From: Chrysomallon squamiferum
Lineage: Eukaryota; Animalia; Mollusca
Direction: 5' to 3'
DNA: 64,000 nt
Assembly: GCA_012295275.1 (NCBI GenBank)
Contig: CM022677.1
Location: forward strand, 24,490,001 to 24,554,000
The notes beneath the pieces were generated by a model. The model did no database searches. It was given only the letters and a program-made list of their open reading frames with translations, and was not told the DNA's origin. Below are positions 1-12,669 of the stretch, piece by piece. The number at the start of each line of letters is the position of its first letter. Positions within the stretch are counted from its first letter, which is position 1. A program made the position numbers and the translations under genes.

Positions 1-560
1 TGCAAAGACAATTTATAATATTTCTTAACTACTAATATCAAACCATTGCAAAATAGCAAAACATTTATTGCTCTTAAACCACACTCTTGATAATCCTGAA
101 TTAATATTTTTTCTAGCTATTTGATCGACCTTTTAAATTGAAACGAACTGAACGAATTAGGTTTCTATTTGTTTAAAGAAAGAATCTGTTGGATAAAACA
201 GAAAACATTTCTTTTTCCATATAACAACATTTTTGATTTCAGTCATTTTTTTTAGAGTCGTGAAACAACGTTTTAAGCATTGTTCATGAAGCCTGTTAAC
301 CTCACTCATATTAATAGTTTGATTCTTGTGTTAGATACAGATGTGTGGAAAACTTTACCCCAAATATCGTAAATACTGTAGTCCATTTTAATTTATGTTT
401 TGATTGCAATTTTCTGCGATTATTATAGTCTTTGCCTAATTTGCTTTATCAGTTTTAGCTTATTAACTTTGAGATCACACATATTGTTAAAATATTATAA
501 TGTTTCCGCAGAAGCTGTATGAGTTTTATCACACCAGTCTAATAGCAATGTTGTGTCTCC
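1..560 (-). mobile_element. Decayed Tx1/L1-clade LINE ORF2 remnant (post-RT region), inverted copy of ~12680-13050
   Basis: Bases 1-365 are the reverse complement of ~12675-13052, which translates to an IQDYQESGLRAINL...FCNGL-type motif typical of the region after the RT domain of Tx1/L1 elements. Many stops; boundaries approximate. Confidence 0.65.
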
Positions 561-988
561 GAGAAACTGAAATTTTGAATTCACTGACGTTTATCTGAAT
601 CCCGTGTATATCTTTGTTGCACAGTGTTTATCCTTGAAGGTTGTTCTAAGTCATTAGATTTGTCCATAAGCAACTCAGTTTTATATGTAGATAGTGTGGC
701 TATTATATTTACTTTCTCTGTTGTTTTTTTTAACTTGTCATTTTCTATTTCCAGTCTGATAATAATTTCTTTCATATGATGTAATATTTCTTTTTTATTT
801 TCATCTAGTTTTCTGAATTCGTTCGATAATGAAATATACTATTTCTAAAAGTACACCTTTGAAAGGGATTGTTAGAAAACTGTATTGTTGTTTGTTCGTT
901 TTCTGTTTCTTCTTCTTGGTTAGTTTTTGTTCGCATTTGGTTTAAGGGTGGACTTTTGTAACCACACTGACAAATCGTAATTGTTGAT

Positions 989-1972
989 TCATTTTCTTTC
1001 ATAAAGAGGGCAGAAAACAAATTGTTTTCTTAACGTTGAATTGGTCCACGGCACTTGTTTATTGGTGCAATCGTCCCCTGGTGGGTTTTTATCACTTACG
1101 TCATCACTGACTGCACCCATTACGTTAGAAATATTTTCATGTTTGTATTTAAGAAGATTGTCACAAAGCAGTTTAATATATAAAGATCCTGTATTTGCAT
1201 TACGGTAAGACGCATATCCTGGCTCGCTTGAACAAGCAGTGTAGAAATCACAGCCCTCGGCAGTGAAATATGTCGCTTCTTCAGCCTTGACGTCAGAATG
1301 AGGAACTAGTTGTCCTTGCTGATGTTTATGACCTTGGCAGGCCTGGATAAAAAACAGCTTTGGTTTATCACGGAGGGATTTACAAGACCGGAAATAAGAA
1401 GTGACTTCCTGTAAGGTTACCTTTTCTCCATTTATTCCGTGGACCGACCCCTCACTACCGTGTGCGAGAATGCAGCAGACAAAAGCGTCGCTTTCAGAAT
1501 GGTCGCGTTCTGACATCTCTTTGAGTATACTTTTCATTTTCGAGTCACTGAGATCCCTGTGAACTTCCACATGGAAGAAAAGTTTCTCAAATGTCTCTTT
1601 CAGTCTCTCGACGTCCACACTCGAACCTAAACGTTGTTCCAATGATTTATACTTTTCATTGTTTATTATCAGACATATTCCACGTTTCTGATGCGTCATT
1701 TCATAAACAGGGAACTTTGAGCTGCAGTTTACTACGTTTAAACTGGTAAGAGAGGAAATGGACTTGGTATGGTTGTACAAGAGTTTCACCAGCTCTAAGA
1801 AGCTGTTGCATTGAATCCCGTACATTCTATTTTTGTTTGAAAGGAGCCAATGAACGGGTTGGTTGTCGATCATGTCCTGTCTCGTCCTGTGTTCCGTGTC
1901 TGTGATTCTGTTTGGTCGATTTGTCCATGGTCCGATCTCGTGCTGGGTCAGATAGTTCTTCTTTGGTTCCAT
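989..1972 (-). CDS. Caspase-8/10-like cysteine protease (copy A), intronless p20+p10
   Basis: ORF contains YEMTHQKRGICLIINN, QRLGSSVD, CCILAHG (catalytic His), KPKLFFIQACQG (catalytic Cys, 1331-1345), DFYTACSSEPGYASYR and KQVPWTNSTLRKQFVF. The frame stays open upstream to ~2062 and then meets a stop/frameshift in the repeat region. The true 5' end is lost in the gap. Confidence 0.93.
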   Translation of the reverse strand: MEPKKNYLTQHEIGPWTNRPNRITDTEHRTRQDMIDNQPVHWLLSNKNRMYGIQCNSFLELVKLLYNHTKSISSLTSLNVVNCSSKFPVYEMTHQKRGICLIINNEKYKSLEQRLGSSVDVERLKETFEKLFFHVEVHRDLSDSKMKSILKEMSERDHSESDAFVCCILAHGSEGSVHGINGEKVTLQEVTSYFRSCKSLRDKPKLFFIQACQGHKHQQGQLVPHSDVKAEEATYFTAEGCDFYTACSSEPGYASYRNANTGSLYIKLLCDNLLKYKHENISNVMGAVSDDVSDKNPPGDDCTNKQVPWTNSTLRKQFVFCPLYERK

Positions 1973-1974
1973 TG

Positions 1975-2386
1975 ATTCTGGTTCTTTCTGTTCGATCGTC
2001 CTTTCTTTCGTGTGTGTTTCCTGTTCTGTTTGTGTGTTTCCTATGTCATCGTTTGTCTGTTTCTATCTTCGATTGTCTGTTTCCTTTCTTCCGTTGTTTG
2101 TCTGTTTCCTCTTCGTTGTGTTCTGTCTCTTCCATTCCATTTCTGTTCCTCTTCGTTTGTGTTTCCTGTCTTCGTTCTCTTCCATTTGTCTGTTTCTGTT
2201 TCACTTCCGTTGTTTGTATGTTTCCTGTCTCTTCCGTTGATTTCTGTGTCTCTTCTGGTATTTCCTCTTCGTTTGTCTGTCTGCTTTGTTCCTTTTCTGT
2301 TCGTTGTTTGTGTGTTCTTCTGTTTGTGTTTCTGTCTCTTTGTTTCTGTCTTTGTGTGTGTTTCTTCTTTTGCTTCGTTGTTTGTG
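1975..2386 (-). repeat. E/T/Q/K-rich low-complexity coding-type repeat upstream of caspase A
   Basis: Minus strand reads QTNEEEIPEETQKSTEETGNIQTTEVK and similar, with frame switches. Analogous to the repeat 5' of caspase B. Confidence 0.75.
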
Positions 2387-2586
2387 NNNNNNNNNNNNNN
2401 NNNNNNNNNNNNNNNNNNNNNNNNNNNNNNNNNNNNNNNNNNNNNNNNNNNNNNNNNNNNNNNNNNNNNNNNNNNNNNNNNNNNNNNNNNNNNNNNNNNN
2501 NNNNNNNNNNNNNNNNNNNNNNNNNNNNNNNNNNNNNNNNNNNNNNNNNNNNNNNNNNNNNNNNNNNNNNNNNNNNNNNNNNNNNN
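2387..2586. other. Assembly gap (200 N)
   Basis: Run of N. Confidence 1.
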
Positions 2587-3150
2587 TTATTTTGACAAAT
2601 AATGGAAGTATACATCTTCTTCTGTTCAAGTTAACTACAAACACAGGACTTAGATATTTTCAATACAACATCTTGTTAATTATCTTAACAACAAATAAGC
2701 ATTTGGTATTATATGGTATAAAGATATAAAAAGATAAATGTGAATTTCGTTTGGCTTTACGTAAAAAATGTTCAGACATTCTGGAACACTGTTACAAACT
2801 AGATACTTTTGTCAACAAATGTGAGACTTCAAATAAATGCAATTATTTAAGACAACCGAAATTATTCTGACAAAGGTGATAGAGCCGATTTAATGTCGTT
2901 AATTGCCAAACACTTTATCTATAAATCAAAATGCAACCACTAACAACTTATTTTAACTGGATTCCAAAATGTTCTGAACATGTTTATTTATTTATTGTGC
3001 AGAAAAGTATGTTCGTAAGATAAATAAATTTGAACAATAAAATGTGACAAGATTTTTGAAAAAAAAAAAAATGTAAATATGTCATAATTATTTTGATTGT
3101 ATTCTTGTATGTTTCTTACTGTAACATTCACTGTGTATTTATGTGATAAA
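2587..3150 (+). mobile_element. Decayed LINE ORF2 3' end (zf-RVT-like region)
   Basis: Translates IHLLLFKLTTNTGLRYFQYNILLIILTTNKHLVLYGIK...VQTFWNTV, the characteristic zf-RVT context of Tx1/L1 LINEs. Direct copy of ~13219-13790; a short further fragment lies at ~6340-6445. Confidence 0.75.
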
Positions 3151-4260
3151 TATTAATTACTAGGAACCTATAGTAGATAATTATCTGTAGTTTTTTGGTT
3201 GTTGTCTTTCTTGATAATCTGAAGACTTCTGTATTTTAACACATTAATTTAATTTTATATTTTGTCATGTTAGGATTAATTGTACTATACTTTATACTGT
3301 ATATTCTGTGGTGAAAATAATAATAATTATAACCATTGCAGGTTTTCTTTTCCTTGTCTTATTTGGAATATTTTTGTTTATATATCAAGTAATCGTTCAG
3401 AGACAGGTGTTTTTTTAATTATCTGTTTTTAATTCTAACTTTTAATTTAGCTTTATCTACATTTGAATACAAAACCCTTTTCTATATTCATTTTATAAGC
3501 AAATCTCGATTGTGTTTTGCTAAAGACTTTTACACTGATCGCAAACCGAAGATTCAAATATCAGTAGCTATTGAAATTGTTTTGAAAAGTTGAATATGAA
3601 GTGCTATTCCATTTCCAATTTTTAATCCTAATTAGCGAAATATACTAGTATGAGGATTTTTGTTTGCTATCATTCAATTACAGTAAGGATAAAAAGTTAA
3701 AAATAAATGCTATATATAATCAAAACCAGAAATAGTGACTTGCAGTTTTTCGATTTAATATTGCGATAACAATTTTTTTTTTTAGGTTTTTTTTTTTTTT
3801 TTTTAAGTATAGGACTCTTGTGGAACGTTTTCTGTGAACTAGAAAATTTAATAACAAAAAAAAAATAATAATAATTAATGTAAGAAAAAACAATCAGTGA
3901 GGTCAGTGAGGAAAACCTGTTTTAAGCGCGCATGTCCAAATCGGAGAATTGTGTCATAGAAGTTTTGCTCACGTGCCCACAGACAGTTCTCGAAACATAC
4001 TTATTTTTCTTCGATTTCTTTTAAATATTAGTATGTTTCCTTCATTCAGTTTTCTTCTGCTAAATTATTTTATTTTATATTATTTATTTATTTATTTCCA
4101 TTTTGTTTTATTTTCCTTTTTCAAAGCTGCCTTTAATTGTCATACATATCCACTCAGTTTAAACTCGCTATTCTTAGCATGAGCAAAAGAGTAAAGAATA
4201 ATTCTGAACTTTATTTATTTATGTATTGTTTTATTTATTTATTTATTTTATTTAATTGTT
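2587..4260 (+). repeat. Segmental duplicate of ~13219-14910 (direct, offset ~10.6 kb)
   Basis: Long near-identical blocks, e.g. 3075-3770 vs 13717-14415. Also ~7630-8040 matches ~14915-15340. Confidence 0.9.
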
Positions 4261-4516
4261 GTTGTTTTATTTTCCTCCAATTTTTCAATTCCTTGCAATG
4301 TATACGGAAATGAATGTTTGCCGTTTTTCGAAGAAAAAATCAAATCAGTACTAGAAAAAAAAAAACTGAACAAAGGGCTTGCTCTGCATATTCTGCAGAT
4401 TCTGATTCAACTTTCATATACTATACTTTGGTAGAATGCAATCAACCTGATCCAGTGAAGAGATCAATTTTCTAAAAGCATCGTTTTCTTGATACCAGTA
4501 GAGTTTAAAAATTTCA

Positions 4517-4586
<70 letters not shown>

Positions 4587-7223
4587 GTTAATTAATAAAT
4601 AATTAAATTAAGAAAAGTTTTAAACAAAAAAGAATATAGGAAAATTAAATAAAAAATAAACAACAACAACAAAAAAAATAATAATGATGGGAAATAAATA
4701 GATTAGTCAGACTTTCTGTTTCAAATCGCATTAGAATTCATGCAAGGGAAAGTAACCTAGTGAAATTTATTCTTAACTTCAACGGGTCAGTTATCAGAAC
4801 TGAACATACCTATATAATCCACCTGCTGCAGTTTCAGTTACCTGCGGCAGTTTTAGTTACCTGCAATAGAGTGTCATGACTTGATAGTTTTAGGCGCATG
4901 TGACGTAAGGAAACATTTTGTCATTTACAAGGTGACTTTTCTCTACAAAACAAGAGAGATTTTTTCAGGTATTTATTCCAGTTTTTATATCCTCTCTTTT
5001 ATTACTAACTTACTTATAAAATAAATATTACGCACTGAAACATTTAAATATATGTATATATATATAAAATAATAATAATAATAGTAATAATAATAATATT
5101 TTATTTCTTTGTTTCGGTTTTCGTTTGTATGCTCTGATAACAAGAAAGATGAAGGGTGGAAAATCTCTTTGAAGCGCGCATGCCCAAATCTGCTTATTGT
5201 CATACATATTTTCTCAGGTGCCCACAGACATTTTTCGAAATATAATAATTATTATTCGATATATTTTAAATATTGGAATGTGACTTTATTTTATTTTAAT
5301 TTAATTCATTTTATTTATAGCTTAGTTTTTATTTTATTGTATTTATTTATTTATTGTAAATTAAACCATTTATTCACCATTTCAACGGGTCAGTTCTCAC
5401 AACTGAACACACCTATAAGATCAACGAAAACAAAACCACCAGCTGCAGTTTCAGTTACCTGCAATAAAGTGTCATGACTTGACAGTTTTAGGCGCATGTG
5501 CCGTAAGCAACCGTTTTGTCATTTACAAGATCACTTTCATGTAGAAAACAAGAAAGAAATTTCAGATATTTATTTCAGTTTTTATCTGCTCTCTTTGCTA
5601 CCAACTTATTTACAAAATAAATATTACGCAATGAAAGAGTCAAATAAGAAAAAAAATGTATATTATATATATATGTAAGACTACTGTTGAATGGTTTATG
5701 TGATACAAAAAATAAACTTAATAAACGAAAAAATGAAAGTTTACAAACAATAATAAAAACATTTAATTGTAATAAAATATCTTAGCTGACGGAAATAGTG
5801 AGGAGACAAAATTTAATATGTAAATCATATTAAAATGATCATTAATGTAAAAACAAAGCAATATTTTATCTGCTTGTTTCGATTCCCTGTGTAGTGTCTT
5901 AACAACAAAGATCAAGGGCTAAACCTGCGCATGCCCAAATCAGCGAATTGTGACACACAAATTTTACTGACGTGCCCACAGACATTTGTCGAAACATTAT
6001 CATTAGTATGATAGTGGGAAGATACGCCTCGCATGAACATGCCATCAGCAGATTAAAATAAAATATACTTAACTATAGATAATTAACAATAGACATATAA
6101 TTAATTAGATTATAACTTGACGACTTTGGCTTTATAACTTTGGTTGCTATGGTTAAATATATTTTATTTTAATCTGCTGATCGCATGTCCAAGCGAGGCG
6201 TTTTTTACCACTATGATATTATTATTAGATGTCTTTTAAATATTAGCATGTTTCTTTCTTTCATTTATTTATTTATTTATTATAATCGTCATTATTACTA
6301 TTATTTATTTTACTTTTGCTTTCTTTTCGTGTAGATTTCTATGACAAATGATGGAAAAGTATAAGATTTTCTGTTCAAGCTAACTAGAGACACAGGACTT
6401 AGATACTTTCAGTACAATATCTTGTTAGTTATCTTAACAACAAATGGAAACAGGTTCAGAGATTCTAGAATACTGTTACTGTCAGTGAGGGAAACCTGTT
6501 TTAAGCGCGCATGCCCAAATCAGCGAAATGTGTCACACGTTTTGCTCACGTGCCCAGACATTTGTCGAAACATTATTATTGTTATTAGATGTCTTTTAAA
6601 TATTAGGATGTTTGTTTCGTTCAATTTTCTTCTTCTTAATTATTTAATTTTATATTATTTATTTATTTCCATTTTGTTTTATTTTCATTTTCTAAAATAG
6701 CTTTTAATTGTCATACATATCCACTCAATTTAAACTGGCTATTCTTGGAAAAGTGTAAAGAATATAATTCTAAGCTTTATTTATTTATTTATTTATTTAA
6801 TTTTATTGTTGTTGTTTGTTTCTCCAATTTGCCAATGCTTTACGATGTATACTTGCTCTGCATATTCTGATTCAACTTTTATATACATACATACATAAAC
6901 ATACAGATATACATATGTATATACATACACAAATACATACATTTAACAAACATACATAATACATATACAGACGTATGCAGATACATACCTACACACATGC
7001 AGTACATAAAGTATTTTCTGTTGAGGAACAAGACATATTGTCTATTATTTAAACACAAAAGACACCAGTACCGCTGTGTCTACATAGTCAGTACGCAGAT
7101 GTACAGTAGAATCACATTTTAGTAGAATGCAATCAACCTGATCCAGTGAAGAGATACATTTTCTAAAAGCATCGTTTTGATTATAGTAGTAGAGTTCAAA
7201 ATTGTTCAAATTAAGAAAAATAA

Positions 7224-7261
<38 letters not shown>

Positions 7262-7898
7262 GAAAACAACGAATGAAAGAAAAAGAAAATAAGAAAATTA
7301 AATAAAAAATAAACAACAACAAGAATAAAACTGATGATATAAATAAACAAAGAATCAAACAAACAAAAACAAAAACATATAAATAGAATTCGACATTACA
7401 CGGGACTCATATCGCAGAAATCTGATAGTTCTTAGTCTACAAATTACCCATTACAGTCGAAACTGAACTCTTTGAATTAGAGAATAGATAGTCTCTCATT
7501 CGAATAAGCTGTAAACATATTCTATCATCATCATAATAATTATTATTATTATTTATTTTACTTTTATGTTATTTTAAAAATTTTAAATGCCTGCCTTTCT
7601 GTTTCAAATCGCATTCAAGGGAAATTAAACTAGAAATATTTTATTTTATTTCATATACTTTATATCTATCAATCTAATCTAGCTATTTATTTATTTATTT
7701 CGTCAATAACTAATTGCAGTTATTTCTAGCAAAATACAAGAGAGGTTTGTTTACAAAAGGAATACAGAAAGTGTAAAAGTAGATAAATATAAATGAAAAG
7801 TTAAAAATTAAAAACACAAATACTGAAAATAACTTGTTAAAATGCTATGTTTGTCAAAGACAACTACTTTAAAAAAATAATAAAACTAATAATAACAA

Positions 7899-7929
<31 letters not shown>

Positions 7930-8066
7930 AAGAAATGAATAACTAAATAAAATAAAATAAAATAAAATTACTTTAGTTTATTCATTAACATTATTATCTT
8001 CTTCTTTTTTTCCCCCCAGAATACATTACAATATGTTTCAGCATAAGAAACTTGTACATTTTCTTA

Positions 8067-8164
<98 letters not shown>

Positions 8165-9260
8165 TAATAATACTTATTATTTTATTTTATTTTAATTCAT
8201 TTTATTTATTTGTTAGTTTTTATTTTACTTTATTTATTTATTTAAATGCAACTATTTACTCCTAACTTCAACGAGTCTGTGTTCACAATTGAACACACTG
8301 ATATGATAACGAAACAGATCTCCTGCTTCGGTTTTAGTTACCAAACAAATAGCGTACCATGACTTGTCAGTTTGTGGAGCACTCATTGCGTTACCTGTGT
8401 GACGTAAGCAACAAATTTTGTCATTTAAAAGGTGATGTTCCTATACGAAACAAGAAAGAGTTTTCAGGTATTTTGTTCTAGTTTTTATATTTAACTTAAT
8501 TACAAAATAAGTATCACGCAATGAAAGTTTTAACTAACGAAAGAAAAAATCAAACCAGAAAAAAAAAAAGAAAAAAAAAAGATATAAAATAAACAATTAA
8601 ATAAATATATAAATACTACTGTTGAACGTTTTCTGTGACCTAGAACATTAAATAAACAAAGAAACATAAAAGTTTAAAAAAAAAAAAAAAAAAAAAAAAT
8701 AGGGATTGTAATAAAATGTTTCAGCTGAAAGAAATTTTGAGGAAAGAAAATTGTAAATGATATTAAAATGATCATTAATCTAAAAACAAAACAAGATTTT
8801 ATTTCCTTGTTTCGGTTTCGGTTTTCCTTTGTATGGTGTGATAATAACAAAGATGAGGGAAGGAAAATCTCCTTTAAGCGCGTATGCCCAAATCGGCGAA
8901 TTCTCTTATATATTTTGTCAGTTGCCCCAGACATTTTTCGAAACATAATAATTATTATTCTTTTAAATATTAGGATGTTTCTTTCTTTCTTTTTCTTAGT
9001 TATTTTATTTTATATTATTTGTTATTATTTCACTAATTTATAAAATTAGTTTTGTTAGTTATCAGCCTTTAGCTGGCATACATATCCACTCAGTTTAAAC
9101 TAGCTGTTCTTAGCATGACCAAAAGAGAAAACAATAATTCTGAAATTATAATTTATTTATTATATTTTATTTTATTATTTAAAAAAAAAAAAAATTTAAT
9201 TCAATTTTTCAATATATTAAAATACATATGAAAATGAATCATTACAATTTTTAGAAGAAA
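3900..9260 (+). promoter_or_regulatory. Mosaic of reiterated promoter-like modules upstream of caspase B
   Basis: Module X (AGTTTCAGTTACC...TGTGACGTAAG...TTTCAG|GTATTT) at ~4780-4990, 5380-5590 and 8270-8490. Module Y (AAGCGCGCATGCCCAAATC...TGCCCACAGAC) at ~3920, 5170, 5925, 6500, 8875 and 14640. GTTTCGGTTT(C) tracts at 5111 and 8809. Function is inferred. Confidence 0.5.
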
Positions 9261-9393
9261 ATATCAAATCAGTACTAGAGTAAAAAAAACTGTATAAAAG
9301 GGCAATTTCTAATTCTTACATGCATACACACATATCCATCCATAATCATAGATAAAAAACATACATACGTATAAAATAGATACAAACATACAA

Positions 9394-9445
<52 letters not shown>

Positions 9446-9657
9446 CGTACAAACTTGCACACACATACAGAAACATTCACAGACACACACTTACAGATAC
9501 AATACATACATACATACACACAAAAACAAAACAAACACAATACATATTATAAAATAAAAAAAGCGTATTGTACTGTGATTCTTAGTACAATTACTACAAC
9601 TTGCTGCTGTTCTTGTTGTTGTTGCTGCTGCTACTACTACTACTACTAGTGCTACCA

Positions 9658-9709
<52 letters not shown>

Positions 9710-9759
9710 TTAGATGATCACTGAATCACTTCTTCGCTGAGTCGCATTCAACGGAAACA

Positions 9760-12360
9760 ATGGAAAATCTGATACCTTTAACAGAATACATTCCGGACAC
9801 AGTGTATATTGACTGTGCTCAGTTTAACTTGAGACCAATGAGATGGAAAATAACTGATGAATTGAAAAAACTTAATACAACAAACAAAGAAAACACAGAA
9901 AAGGTACAAAACAACGAAGAAACAAAGAAAACAAAAAGAAAAGTAAAGATAGACAACACAGAAAACAAAGAAGAGACAGAAAGCACACAAAACAAAGAAG
10001 AGACAGAAAACAGACAAAAAAGAAAGAAAAGACAGAAAACACACAAAACAAAGAAGAGATAGAAAATCACACAAAACAAAGAAAAGATAGAAATCACACA
10101 AAAAAGAAAGAAGAGATAGAAAACACACTAAAACAAAGAAGAAACAGAAAGAAGAGAAAAAAAAAAAGAAAAGAAGAGAAAAAACAGACAAAACAAAGAA
10201 GAGATAGAAAACACAAAAAAAGAAAGAAGAGACAGAAAACACACAAAACAAAGAAGAGACAGAAAACACACAAAACAAAGAAGAGACAGAAAACACACAA
10301 AACAAAGAAGAGACAGAAAACACACAAAACAAAGAAGAGATAGAAAACACACAAAACAAAGAAGAGACAGAAAGCACACAAAACAAAGAAGAGACAAAAA
10401 AAAACACACAAAACAAAGAAGAGACAGAAAACACACAAAAAAAAAAGAAGAGGTAGAAAACACAGAAAACAAAGAAGAGATAGAAAACACACAAAAAAAA
10501 GAAGAGATAGAAAACACACGAAAGAAAGAAAGAAAAAACACAAAAAGAAACAAGAGACAGAAAACACAAAAAGAAAGAGAGATAGAAAACACACAAAAAA
10601 AAAAGAAGAGATAGAAAACACACAAAAAAAAGAAGAGACAGAAAACACACAAAAAGAAAGAAGAGGCAGAAAACACAAGAAGAAGAGACAGAAAACACAC
10701 AAAAAGAAAGAAGAGGCAGAAAACACACAAAACAAAGAAGAGACAGAAATCACACAAAACAAAGAAGAGACAGAAAATACACAAAAACAAAGAAGAGACA
10801 GAAAACATAAAAACAAAGACAGACACAAAATACAAAAGAAAGAAGAGACAGAAAACACAAAAAACAAAGAAGAGACAGAAAACACACAAAACAAAGAAGA
10901 GACAGAAAACAAAAAAAAAAGAAGAGATAGAAAACACACAAAACAAAGAAGAGACAGAAAGCACACAAAAGAATGAAGAGGTAGAAAGCACACAAAACAA
11001 AGAAGAGACAGAAAGCACACAAAACAACAAAGACAAACAAAATAACGAAATGGTGACGCTACACGAAGAGAAAAGGATGGATTTGAAAGATCTAGTAAAT
11101 TATTTTGAAAAAGAAATCCAGAACATTGTAATTCCGTTAGAGAAAGTAGGCGAATATCTGACTCTGTTAATAGAGATCTTGAAGAAAGCTGAAGAAAGAA
11201 ACACCAGACAAACTGAAATTGAAATAATTCCTGGCATCATAGATACTGGTTCTATACGTGAAACGGTAAATGGGGACAACATATGGCATTGTGACATGTT
11301 CGGCAACCAACCCGTTCATTGGCTGCTTTCAAACAAGAATAGAATGGACGAGATACACTGCAATGGCTTGTTGGAGATGGTGGACCTCTTGTACAACCAT
11401 ACCAAGTCCATTTCCTTTCTTACCAGTTTAAACGTAGTAAACTGCAACTCAGAGTTTCCAGTATATGAAATGACGCATCAGAAACGTGGAATATGTCTTA
11501 TAATAAACAACGAAAATTATGAATCACCGAAACAACGTACAGGCTCGAGTGAGGACGTCAAGAGCCTGAAAGAGACATTTGAGAAACTTTTCTTCGATGT
11601 CAAAGTTCACACGGATCTCAGTGACTCGGAAATAAATGATGTACTCAAAAATATGTCAGAACGCGACCATTCTGAAAGCGACGCTTTTGTCTGCTGCATT
11701 CTCGCACACGGTAATCAGGGATTGGTTTACGGAATAAACAATAAGGAGGTAACATTACGGGAAGTCGCTTCTTATTTCCGGTCAAGGTCATGTGAGTCCC
11801 TCCGTGGCAAACCGAAGCTGTTTTTTATCCAGGCCTGCCAAGGTGGTGAATCTCAGGAAGGAATACAAGTATCCGACGCCATTGGTGAAGTTGAAACGGT
11901 TAGATATTTCATTGCAGACGGCTGTGATTTCTACACTGCTTGTTCAAGTGAACCAGGGTTTCCCTCTTACCGTGATGAAGATACAGGATCTATTTTTATT
12001 GAATCGCTTTGTGACAATCTTTTTAAATACAAACATCACAAAATTCATGACGTAATGGAGGCAGTCTGTCGTGACGTAACTGAAATAGACATACTAGAGA
12101 AAAAGTGCATTCCAAAAATTCCTCCAAAGCACCAACTTTTACAACTAAAATAAACACATTATCGGAAAAATGCATTCAAAACAAGAGCCGTGCACCAAAA
12201 AAACAACTAAAACAAAAACAGAAGAAATTATAAATGCATTCTAAAACAAGTGCCGTTCACCAACTCAACATTAAGAAAACAATTTGTTTTCCGCCCTCTT
12301 TACACTAAACCTGAATACACCATAACGATTTGTCAGTGTGGTTATAAAACCCACCCTTAA
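9760..12360 (+). CDS. Caspase-8/10-like protease (copy B), single coding exon with acidic repeat prodomain; disrupted as assembled
   Basis: Acceptor TTTTAG at 9713, ATG at 9760 (MENLIPLTEY...), a frameshifted repeat tract, then in frame from ~10921 through ORF 11050-12153 with CCILAHG and KPKLFFIQACQG (11830-11844). The last strand KQVPFTNSTLRKQFVFRPLY starts at 12244 in the same frame but after stops at 12151 and 12208. Final TAA at 12358-12360. Confidence 0.88.
9880..11030 (+). repeat. 27-bp coding minisatellite (ACAGAAAACACACAAAACAAAGAAGAG = TENTQNKEE), roughly 40 degenerate units
   Basis: Unit visible directly, e.g. 10231-10420. The last units are in frame with the caspase ORF (VESTQNKEETESTQNNKDKQNNEM). 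Confidence 0.92.
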
Positions 12361-12669
12361 ACCAAAAGCGAACAAAAACTAACCAAGGAGAAGATAGAGA
12401 AAAACAACAAACAACAATACAGTTTTCCCAGAATCCCTCAGAAAGGTCTACTTTTAGAAATAGTACAGATGCAGCTATCAGTTTCATTATCGAACGAATT
12501 CAGACAACTAGAAGAAAATAAACAAGAAATATTAAAAAAAATATTATCAGACTGGAAATAGAAAATGATAAGTTAAAACAACAACAACAGAGAAAGTAAA
12601 TATAATAGCCACACTATCTATATATAAAACTGAGTTGCCTATGAACAAATCTAATGACTTAGAACAAGC

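Noticed and set aside
581-1020. Short minus-strand ORFs downstream of caspase A
   Set aside because: Not conserved as ORFs in copy B; 3' UTR or LINE-adjacent sequence.
9880-11030. Regular short repeat array superficially like CRISPR
   Set aside because: No unique spacers, eukaryotic context, and 27-bp codon-phase units.
9778-11040. Long F/C/V/L-rich minus-strand ORFs (and plus-strand ones at 1912-2602)
   Set aside because: These are antisense shadows of the purine-rich caspase minisatellites.
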